A DNA stretch of 64,000 nucleotides from Podarcis tiliguerta (taxonomy: Eukaryota), in assembly GCA_965153285.1 (NCBI GenBank), contig OZ229111.1; one strand, given 5' to 3'. The first letter of the stretch is position 1; every line of letters starts with the position of its first letter. The translations under genes were made by a program, and so were the position numbers. This document shows positions 1 through 11,600 of the stretch, one piece after another. Below the pieces are notes generated by a model. The model saw only the letters and a program-made list of their open reading frames with translations, had not been told where the DNA came from and searched no databases.

Positions 1-36
1 TTCTCTCCCTGTGTCCTGCCTTCCTGCATATGGTAG

Positions 37-220
37 ATGCTGGCACTAACTGCGGTTATGTGGAGGAGTTGCAGCATATAGCAGGCTTGGATCATGGTGC
101 TGGATGCATGTGTATCAACACCGAATGGAGCTCTTTTGGGAAGCTGGGCGAGTTGAATGACATAATGACAGAGTTTGACCTGCAAATGGATAAGCAGTCC
201 ATGGACCGAGGCAAAAACAA
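37..220 (+). CDS. HK3: HK3 exon (184 nt), N-half: (D)[60 protein letters not shown]
   Basis: tggtag acceptor ending at 36, gtgagt donor at 221; same size as its C-half counterpart (10734-10917). Confidence 0.9.
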
Positions 221-2587
221 GTGAGTCACAGTAAAGGAAGTAACAATCTGTTTAAAAAATGAGTCATTGGTTACTGGTGCCGGGATTCACTGGAATAATC
301 AAGGTTAGTCGTGCTCCGTGTCCAAAAACACATTTTCTGCATAATCAAACTCCAAATTTGTGTTTGCAATTGTTCAGTACCCATCTTTCTTCAGTCACCT
401 GATGGATGAGCTTCACGAAGAGCAGGACAAGGGGAGGGTCACCTCGCTCCTGCATCTCAATCTGACTGTGGCTTTCGATACCATTGACCACCGACTCCAT
501 GGAATGGGAATTGGGAGCCCTGTGCTACCTTGGTTCCAGTTCTATTTACAGTACTGGGTCCAGAGAGGAGCACTGGGAGAGTGCTTTTCAGCCCCCTGGT
601 GGTTACACCATGGGGTGCTTCAGGACACAGTTATATCCCCAATGCTATTTAACATTGTCATACATTTGTGGGGTGCCTAGACTCCCCTTCTAATTCCTGG
701 GTGTCAGGCGCTGAATTTAGCATGTTACAATATAAGCCAGGCTGGCTTCCTGTTGAAGTAATCGTCTGTAGCAGGCATGTCCAAAGTCCATTTCGGGGGC
801 CTAATCTGGCCTGCTGTGGCAGTTTATACCTTAAAAAAGGTCAACAACTTTGGTTGGCCCTTTGGTCGGCACCCATGGCCCTTCACTTCATCAAATCTGG
901 CCCTCTTTGAAAAAGTTTGGACACCACTGGAGAGATGGGCCATTGAAAGAGCAAAAGGTGAAGGGTGACCCATTAAGAAATCAATCAGCAAAGCTAAGAC
1001 TGTGCCAGCTGGGAACTGGGTGAAGCCCCCTCCCTCTCAACTCAGAATTAGTTAGAAATACAAAGTCAAGGAAGGCAAGCAGTTGTTGGAGGATTGCAGT
1101 TTGTGTGGCTAGAGGAAAAATGGTTGTGTTTGCAAGCTGGAGAAGGTGGGGAGTCAGAGCAATGTGGGTTGACAGATTGAATCTAAGGTGGCAGCCGTGG
1201 AAGAAATGGAACCCGCTTGGAGAGTAATGCTCGAAGCCCTTCCATCCCAGGTTCAGGTTGCATATATGTGTAAGCAAGCCATATATCATAAAGAAAACAC
1301 CATCTCTGCTCTGCCTTGTTGTCTGAAAGGAAACACAGACCCTGATCAGCAAACTTGGTACCTTTGGAATCGTGCTCTGCTCAGAGATTAGGGTGACATG
1401 AAGCCACTGGGAATGGTCATTCCTGTATGAGTCCTGAATGAATGCTGACATTGTGTAACCTTATGTGAACTTTGTGCAGTCAGCATGAATACCCTATAGA
1501 ACAGGTGGTCTACAAACAAGCAACCTATGATATTGTCTGTCTTAGCAGCAAATGTTATAAGAAATGGCCAAGACTTCTCCTATATGACTTGACCAGTTAT
1601 CTGCCAACCACCCTTTCACTTCAATTCCTTCTTTTTCTGCACTGATTTTCTTCTTTCTTCTCACTGGCAGGTTTGAGAAGTTGGTCAGTAGCATATATCT
1701 GTGTGATACTATCCGTGTTACTTTGGCTACTTTGGCTGAGAAAGGTGATATCTTCAGCGGTGTCCTAACTCCCACCCTGCTTACCAAAGGAAAAATGGAG
1801 CTCCAAGATGTTGTGGACATCATAGAGTAAGTGAGTTCCTCAAACGCGTCTTGGGAGACCTGGTCAACCTGAAATCCTCAGTAGCAGCAGAGTCTTGGCA
1901 TGCCATGTTAGCCTAGCCCTAGAAAAACAGCCAAGAGGAATGGACCCACATAAATAATTACATCTGTAGCCCATAAAAAACAACAACACTGAAGCAGGTG
2001 AATGAATGAATGATTGAATCAACTTGCACATTTAAATACACCGTAGGATGACCCAGAGATACACTGCCAGAGATATTTGTTCAAGTAAGATGTCTTAAAA
2101 GAAGAAGGTTTTAAAGAAAAGTGTCTATAGTGGGCCATTCATTAAGTATATCTCTCATCAGGTAGGAAGAGGGAATAGCAAAGGTGTCACAAGGCTAAGA
2201 ATCAGAACTGGTAAATGTGACATGTCACTGTTTGTTCCCCCAGTACAATCATTTAATACTCTGCGTTATTCAGCACCAACAGATGCATTCCCATGCTGCC
2301 TGCCCCCTTCTGCATACAAAACAAGGGCTAGACTACTGAGCTATGGCCCTTGTGGTATTATTTTATTTGTAAATAATTTTTATAATGCTTTTTGGCTGTA
2401 AGAAGGGCCTGTACAGCAGTGCAGATAAAAGAAGAAAATAAAACAAAGCATAATCAAGTAACAGACGTTAAAAACAAAACCTTAAATATCAACGAGATGC
2501 TAACAACGTCCACTTTCTGAAATATTTATCTTGTTACAGTTCTTGTGTCTGTCTCTAAAAAGTCAGCATGGGTAGAAACAAAACTAA

Positions 2588-2619
<32 letters not shown>

Positions 2620-5600
2620 TAGTTCATTATAGATGGAGAGTTCAGTGATTTCAATTTGGAATCAATATTATTCTTTGCTGAGATCAATTAACAGTTAACC
2701 AGAGTCTCCCTCATGCCTCTTGCTGCTGCCACCCTGCTTTAACTCATGTATGCTTTAACTGCAGTGAAAAAGTTGGCCTGGCCAATACCAAGAACTTCCT
2801 TGTCCGCCTGGGAATGGTGGCAAGCAACCAAGACTGTTTCAACGTGCAGCAAATATGCCAAGCGGTCTATGTCCGTTCTGCCAAGCTCTGTGCTGCTGGA
2901 CTGGCTGGCGTTCTTACTCATATCCGGATCAGTCAAGGGCTGCCACACCTGAAAATCATTGTGGCTGTGGACGGGGACTTGTACAAGAGCCGACCACAGT
3001 AAGGAGTTGTACCAGGCATATAAATATTTGTTCGTGTCGTGAGTAGCCAGTGCGATGACCTCCAGATATTGTTGGACTATAATGGCCATCAGCATGGTCG
3101 ATGATCAAGGATGATGGGAACTGTAGCCCAGCTACATCTGTAGAGCATCATATTGGCTGCCCCTCATCTAAATCAAAACCAAGAAACCCACCAATCCCAC
3201 TTTCCTGTGGACCACTGGGCTAACCATCATATTTTCCCTGACTTCCTTTCATGAGCAGGTTATTGGAGCAAGCTTTCTCCTGGACTGAAATCACTGGCCA
3301 AGAAAGCATTTCTTCCAGTGTCTTCTTCCAGATATACAAATATTTTCCTTCAACCCAGAGAACCATTAAGTCAGCTTAGCTATTCATTGTTGCCAGAAAC
3401 TCAGTAGGCAGCATATTTTATCCTCTCTCTTGCCATAACAGCTCCTTCCAGGACAGTCACCCATCTATACTACTCGGATAAATGGATCCATCCATCCATC
3501 TGAATCTCTCAAATTGGTTACTGGGGTTTCCCAGGCTAGGGGGTCTGTTACATGTCCAAAGTTAGGAGGCTGTTAACTTCAGGGAGTTCAGCCATTTTAG
3601 AAAATGTGGATAATGTAAACGGACCCAAAGACTCATTCATCCAGCAAATTTTCACATTCCTTTTGGAGCAAAGGCATAGTAAGCTAGGGGACAGGTGCAG
3701 ATAGGCCAGAAAGGTTACTTCCAGTCACCCTGCTTCAAGGTCTCTGACATTTCCTCTCCCTCCAGGTATGGTCAGATATTGCAAGAAACATTGAAATCAC
3801 TGGCTCCTGATTGCACTGTCACCTTTGCCACATCAGAACACGGCTGTGTTTTTGGGGCTGCCAGGGTAGCAGCTGCGTCATTGAGGCTCAAACACCAACA
3901 GGAAGGAGTAGCCCAGGTCCTGGCGCCTTTCCGGCTTTCTATGTCCGACATGGACACACTGCGGACCATGATGAGACAGGAAATGGAGAAGGGTCTGTCA
4001 AAGGAGACACACAGTACAGCCACCGTCCGCATGTTGCCCACTTACGTCCGCCATTTGCCTGACGGCAGCGGTGAGAGCCAGAGAACAACCTCTTGGGAAT
4101 GGCCTTTATCTTGGGAGGGAAGAGCTTTGAAGAGCTCAAGGGGGCTTTTAAAAAAAAGTCTCAGGGAAGTTGTGTTTGGTCCAGAGAAAACCTTCCGAGT
4201 TTTTTTGGGGGGGCAAGTCTTTCAATTGATATGGGGCTGTTGTTATTGTTACTTATGTTCATCTCACTGAGAAGGGTGCAGCTAGTAACAACAGGAGTCT
4301 CCAACCTTTTCAGATCCTGCACCCGCCTATAGCACAAACATGCATTTTATTTTATTAGCAAATATTGGTATGGTGCCAGTGGGTCTCGACCCCTCAGTTG
4401 ACAGCCAATATTCTAGAGGGCTGGTGAGATGCTTTCCCAAGGCTTTATAGTTTAAGTTGCCAGCACTGGTGGGAATGATGTTGGCCTCAGGCAAAGAAGC
4501 CAAAGAAGGAGACCCTTGCAGTGACTGTGTTGGGTTGTAGTTGAGAGTCTATGTCACTCAAGCTCTTGTCCCTTATACATTTTGTAGAGAGAGGGGAGTT
4601 CCTTGCATTGGATCTGGGCGGAACCAATTTCCGAGTGCTTATGGTGCAGGTGAAAAGCAAAGAAGAGGGTGGTGTACACATGGTCTCTGAGTCTTACACA
4701 ATTCCACCCGAAGTGGCCCAGAGTAATGCAATAGAGGTAGGTGCAAGAAAGGGGAAGATATGGCTGGGTTGAACTGGCCTCTATTACAGACTGGCTGGGT
4801 CTTAAATCTGTGACACTGGCAACTGTGGGGATGGGCGATCCCACTGTTAGGGATGGCGTTTCCTCTCCAAAGTTGTCTTTACCTCATAAGGCCTTATGCT
4901 TTCTCCCATTTTCCTGCAGCTCTTTGATCACATTGTTCAATGCATTAATGATTTCCATAGCAAGCATAGCATTGTGGGACGAACACTGCCACTGGGCTTC
5001 ACTTTTTCGTTTCCCTGCAGTCAGACGAACCTGGACAAGGTATGAAGCACCTATGGAAGTGATCTGCTGCTCATGGGGTGATGCTGGGAATTAGGGCTTT
5101 GCTGCCTCCCTTACCTGGGTTAGCCAGTGGAGCCCCCTGCTGGGAATGTATTTTTGTGGTAGATGGGAAGGGAGAGAAATGGGGTTGAACTACCTTGTGT
5201 TCCCCAAGACAGAAAGAGAAAAATTTCCAAACGCTATGAGAACAACATAGCTTTCAAACCATTTACAAATAACTTGAAATGAAAGCTCAGCTTGTAGGAT
5301 TTCTAAATTGTGAAATTTAGCTGTCCATTGCGAAAAAACCCTGTTGAACCCCCTGCCCCCACTAGTTAGGCATCTCTCTCTAATAGATCCAGTCTCTGTC
5401 CTAGTGTGTATGCTACAATTCTGTGGAAGCGCAGAAAAGCTGCACAATTTGGCACTGGCAAGTTTCTAGCCCATATTGTTGCAAGGATAAACTTGAGATT
5501 GGGTGAGCAATGCCTAAAGAAAACTCAGAAACTAGAGGACCTGCAGGACTTTTGCAGAGGCAGGTCCCTGCATTATCTGCATGTCTCCTACTGCCATCTC

Positions 5601-8600
5601 TCTGTTGCAGCTTAGCTACAGTAGAATCATCCATGAACATGTGAAGGGCAAGCAGCTCAGAGAAAGCAGTCCAGTTTATCACTACATGTTTATCACAATT
5701 CCTTGTTTCTCTTGGTTTCACAGGGCATCTTGCTGAGATGGACCAAGGGGTTCAGTGCCACAGGCTGTGTGGGAGAAGATGTCGTGCAGTTGCTAAGAGA
5801 TGCTGTAAAGCGTCAAACGGTATGTGTGGGATATGGGGCACGAGCTCTGGATAGATTTGCCAGGGATTATAGTTTAGGCTGGACTATTCAGACTTGTATG
5901 GGACGCGGGTGGCGCTGTGGGTAAAACCTCAGCACCTAGGACTTGCTGATCGCATGGTCGGCGGTTCGAATCCCCGCGGCGGGGTGATCTCCCGTCGTTC
6001 GGTCCCAGCTCCTGCCCACCTAGCACTTCGAAAGCACCTCTAAGTGCAAGTAGATAAATAGGTACCGCTTTATAGCGGGAAGGTAAACGGCGTTTCCGTG
6101 TGCTGCGCTGGTGCCGGTTCGCCAGAGCAGCTTCGTCACGCTGGCCACGTGACCCGGAAGTGTCTCCGGACAGTGCTGGCCCCCAGCCTCTTAAGCGAGA
6201 TGGGCGCGCAACCCCAGAGTCGGACACGACTGGCCCGTACGGGCATGGGTACCGTTACCTTTACCTTTATTCAGACTTAATCTGATTTATCAAAATGAAA
6301 GGTTTTTAAATTATCACAAAACCTGCTGGTTTAAAATCAGAGTTAAGACTATCTCACGTTGGCTCAAGCTCCACAAAGCCAGAAAACTAGAAGCTGAGGC
6401 TAATGCTTTAACAGATGTGCCCCATAATCAGCAAAGTTGTTGTTCAAGGACACAAGTTGCACTTGTGTACAACTCACCCCTAAGTACCCACACTTCTCCT
6501 TGGTCTTTCAAGCCCAAATCCTGATGGGGAGGAGGGTTTTTAAAATTCTATTTAAAAATCATTTATCAAAAATTATATACCAGTTCAAAGTAGTAAAATC
6601 TCTAAGCAATTTACAAGAAAATTGCTGCTACAATAAGGGCATATCCACACTTACCGTTCCTCTGCTCTTTCCAGGCATGGCCCACACTTTAATGCTCTGT
6701 GTTCAAGCATCCTCTCCCCCCCCTTTTTTTTTTTTGCTCCAGTGCCTTCCCCATGAAAACCCATCTTTTAGAGTTCAATAAGAGCACATAGCAATCTACA
6801 GGAAACCCAAACTGACATTTGCTCTGTTTGAGTGCTATAGAGCGGGTTTTTGTTGGGAAATCTCCAGGGCAAACAACAACAATGCTCAGACACAGAGCTT
6901 TTTATGCCTGGACCAGTGCCTGGAAAGGGTTAAGCACCGTCTTCCAACACACCACTTTGCTTCAGATTGCACCCTCCCAACACCAGTTTGTAATAGAAAA
7001 GATGTGTGGGCTAAGATTTGTAAGCTCAATTGTCTAATGATGTTCTATATAAGTCCCTGTTGGAGGCTCTTTTATTTTTTTGTGTGAAAGAGGCACTGCC
7101 CTACAAATTCACTGAAATAACATGAAATGAATGAAAACAATTCATTCCTACTCAGAATCAGTGCATTCACCTCCTCCACACTGCCAAAATGCAGCTTTTA
7201 TTGTTGCCTCTTTAAAATCTATGAAACAGGTGGATTATTTTCAAAACTACTTCAGAGAGACTTTGGTTCAGCAGTTGCAGTCCTTCCAACTCAAGTGTCC
7301 AATGCTGTCTTTTATTTAATACATGAATAAAGTGTGTGCAGCAATATGCTTGATCATGTGCCACCTTGATCTCTGTTCCTCTTGGTTTATTAAATCTACT
7401 ATCAGGGACTCTAGGCGGTTTACAGATAAAATAAGAACAGCTTAAAACATAGAAAATAACTGCCTCCATCATTAAACCCTCCCCCAAAACCCCAGTTAAT
7501 TAAAAGCAGTCAGTTCCTTAAAGCCTCTTGAAATAGGGTCTTCACTTGCTAGTAGGACAGCAAGGAGAGAGCTAATCTAACTTCTCTAGTGAGGGAGCTC
7601 CAAAGTCTGGGAGCAGCCACCAAGAAGGCCTTCTCCTGCATCCCCACCACGCATGCCTGTGAAGGTGGTGGGACCAAGAAAAGGGCCTCCCCCAAAGCTC
7701 TCATAACCTGGGCAGGTTCATCTGAGGGAATATAGTCTTTCAGATAGCTTGGGCCTAAGTCGTATGCCATAATACTTCATTGCACAATGGGGGGTGGTCC
7801 TTGCTACCTTGAACTGCCAGTAGTACTGCCACTCCTAAAAACGCCAGCTCTAGTTCTGTTCCACTGATCTGAAGGGATGAGGCCACAGGGAAAAATAACC
7901 TGTGACCTAATCACAATGACATTTAGGCAATTTACTGGCTAATTCACACTCACAAAAACATCCCCAGCTCTCTAACATCTGTCTCCTGGCCCCTAGACCC
8001 TGGCAAAAACTAGCCGTTCTGGACCCATGGGAACATCTGGACATCTGAAAAGCTCATAGACAACAGCACAAAATGGCTGCCAGAGCTGGACCTGTCCAGT
8101 CACAAAACAATGGACACCCTCTAATCAGTTCCAGCTTAATTAACTCTCAATGCATCCATTTTCCCTCTGCCAGCACTCTGACCACTTCCACCTGCATATA
8201 GACAAGTATACCTTTCTGTCCCAGAGATAGCGGCTGTGATGATATATCCCTGTGAAATGCATTCTTTGCTTTCACGCAGTCCAATAGTCCAACCGCCACC
8301 CCACATCTCCATTTTGGACAGGAGCCTTGTTAAACACATGGCCACTATTGCTATCTCGACACATAATTTATCTCCCTGGGTCACTGTGAGGTTAAATAAT
8401 GGAAGCGAACCACTGCCGTCTTCTTCATAATCCTCCTGGGCGGGTTCACTGTGGGGCAGGGTGTGTGGGAGTGGGTTCGGTATAGGGTGGGTTTCAGTGT
8501 GAGGTGGTGTGGATGTAACTGGGAGGGGGGTTGAGGGGGGTTCAGTGCAGGGGGTGAGGTGTGTCTTGGGTTTTTGTGTTGGGTGGAGTGTGTGGCAAGC

Positions 8601-11600
8601 TTAGGGCAGAATGTGTACAAGGGGCCTTGGGTGTGGTTCATTTGGGCATTTGGCGGCTTGCAGCATGGGGTGGGGGCAGAGGTTTTCAGCGCAGGGTATA
8701 TGTGTGGTTATGGGGTGTAGTCTCTTCTAGTGTTTTGACTGGTTAAACACAAGGCATGCTTCTCAATGGTATGCATTGCTAATCCTCTTCCAGTGTGGTG
8801 TAGTGGTTAAGAGAGGTAGTCTCGTAATCTGGGGAACCAGGTTTGCGTCCCCGCTCCTCCACATGCAGCTGCTGGGTGACCTTGGGCTAGTCACACTTCT
8901 TTGAAGTCTCTCAGCCCCACTCACCTCACAGAGTGTTTTTTGTGGGGGAAGAAGGGAAAGGAGAATGTTAGCCGCTTTGAGACTCCTGAAGTGGAGTGAA
9001 AGGCGGGATATCAAATCCAAAGTCTTCTTCTTCTTCCCCCCCCCCCCCGACCTACTTTATAGGGTCATTGTGGTATTGTATTCTTTCTTAACTGGGGGAA
9101 AGGGAGCCAAAGTGTCAGTTTCCAACCCTTTAAACTTGCTGTATGCTGGCAATTTTTATCAGATTGATGTGGAAGTTGGCACTTTTGTATACCTCATCAG
9201 GCAAATCGTGTAGGCCAGCTTTGAAGTTATTAGTCAAACAGATACCATTTTTATTAAGCTATAGAATATTGAAACTTATAATGATAGAACCTCTTTTTTT
9301 TTATTCACCTTAGCTCTAGGTACCAACCATGCATATACTATACATATACTGTAGGTACTAACCATGCATATCCATGCAAGGCAGGTCTGGCACCTGTTTT
9401 TCTTAGGGAAATCCAGCTTCAAAGGGGTGTGATTTTGGAGAGGAGGAATGGGTGCTTAATCTCATTCTTGCCTCTTAATTCTCTGCTCCAAATGCCTCCC
9501 TCACCAAATCTGGGTTTGCCTTATGTGGAACCCTGGGAAGGAATGACTTTGCAGGCAACAATTTGAAGCAGAGAGGCAGCAGGCAAATGGGCAAGCATGC
9601 CTCCAGACATTTGCTTTCCCCAGTCCCAAGGAAAAGCAGCCATTGCATGTGTATTTCCCTTGCATACGCGTGATGCCTACCTCTAATCTAACAACAGCTT
9701 TCCCAGGTGAGCGAGTGAGAGCGTGCATCAGGTAAAAAAGGGCCTCGCCTCTATTCCTTGCAATACCTGGGAAATGGGGTATGTGTCTGGCAGAGTTCAC
9801 TCAGTTTGGATATGGCGTAAGGAGCCCCTCACAACTCTGAGGCGAACTAACTTGTATGTCAAGCAGGCCCGAGAAGTTTGTGTTGCATGTTCAAGGCATT
9901 ACAGTGCTCCATATTCTCAGTCCCCGTCCCCACCCCTAGGTCTACTCTGTGATGATGGGTCACTTGCTATGTAGCCCACTGAGAAAGTGGAAGGCGTAAC
10001 AGCAACCATTCGGTAAGCCAGCCCGATGGCAGTGACAGAGCTTGAGAGCTCCCTTCAGGTTGATGCCCCCAGGGGCCTTCAGAAGGGGGGGGCGGGGAGA
10101 GGGGGCCTATTTCCCAAGCGACAGGGCCTATGGGTCTCTGCTGGTTACTGTGGTGATAGGGAATCGTGTTGCCTGGTAACACATCTTGCTGCTCTCTGTC
10201 TCTCCCTCCCTTTCTCTTCCCAGGACATTGATATAGATGTGGTTGCCATAGTGAATGACACTGTAGGAACCATGATGGCATGTGCCTATGTGGACCCCAA
10301 CTGTGAGATTGGCCTCATCGTCGGTAAGATGGTTGCGGCAGCATTATTTTAATTATTATTCTCTAGAAATGTATACTGCTCTGCCCTTTGATAAAATTCC
10401 TAGGGTGGTTGGGAATAGGTGAGCAGGATCCATCTTTTAGGGGCAAGGGGATTATATATGTGGTGCTTTCCAAGGGAATATATTTCCAACGGCGGATGCC
10501 CTCCTGCACTCTTCTTCTTGAAACTATTACCTTCTTTGGGGGATCTACAACCAGAATCTGGGCTGCTCCCTGACAGGTAAGCCTTTCTCTGTAATTTTGA
10601 CATTTGGAATGGACCGCCAAGTGGGCTGAAGATTCTTCCTCCAGGCTTGATCCCAAGACTTTCCTTGATAAGAGCAGGGGGAAATATGACAGTCCATTTT
10701 CATCAGTGATTCATTTCCATCCCTTTCTCTCAGGTACGGGTACCAATGCCTGCTACATGGAGGAGATGAGGAATGTGGGCACAGTGGAGGGGGACGAGGG
10801 CAGAATGTGTATCAATATGGAATGGGGGGCCTTTGGAGACAATGGCTGCCTCGAGCACTACATAACACAGTTTGATGAGAAAGTGGATGCAGAATCCATC
10901 AATGCTGGCCAGCAAAGGTGAGTCTGGATACCTGGGAGTGATCTGGGGTGATGGCTGCCTCCAGGGTCTCCTTGTGTGACACTCATTTCCATCTCCCCTA
11001 AAGGTATGAAAAGCTCATCAGTGGCATGTACTTGGGCGAGATTGTGCGCTATATTCTGCTGGAGCTAACAACGCGCAAGGTCATCTTCAGGGGTCGCCCA
11101 TCAGAAGTACTCAAGACCAAAAACATCTTCCCCACCAAATTCCTAACAAATGTTGAGGAGTAAGTGTGTATCCGTAACATTCTCATTTCATGTAGAATTT
11201 AGGTTTGGTGCAGAAATCAAATTCCTGAGGCTACCTGTAAAAGACTCAATTGTTCAAGATGTCTCTAAGTCCTACTTGGTTATCTGTCCACCCCTCATTC
11301 TTAACTTCACCTTACCTAGTCTTGGATCACCTTCTGACAAGCAAGTACCCCTTGTCCCAGATTATATTGCAAGCATGCATACTTAAATGATTTTATGGAA
11401 AGCAAGCCAATTTTTAGATATTGTATTTATTTCAATAATACATTCTGAGCACCAAGCTTTAGTCTTGCTGATGCAGAATTCTCAGTAATTTGGCATTGCC
11501 TGGATTCCCCTCCCCCCCCCCTTTTTGGAATGTGAAAACCTTCATGATATGCTGCATGAACCCTTTGGGGAACAATGGGTTCTTTCAGGATGAATGTGGT

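Noticed and set aside
975-1460. Possible solo LTR, or the 156-aa minus-strand ORF, in an HK3 intron
   Set aside because: No TG...CA termini with a TSD that I could define, and no protein similarity recognised
5900-5995. tRNA-like A/B box sequences here and at 8790, 18230, 19310 and 47750
   Set aside because: These are SINE heads without a complete cloverleaf, not tRNA genes
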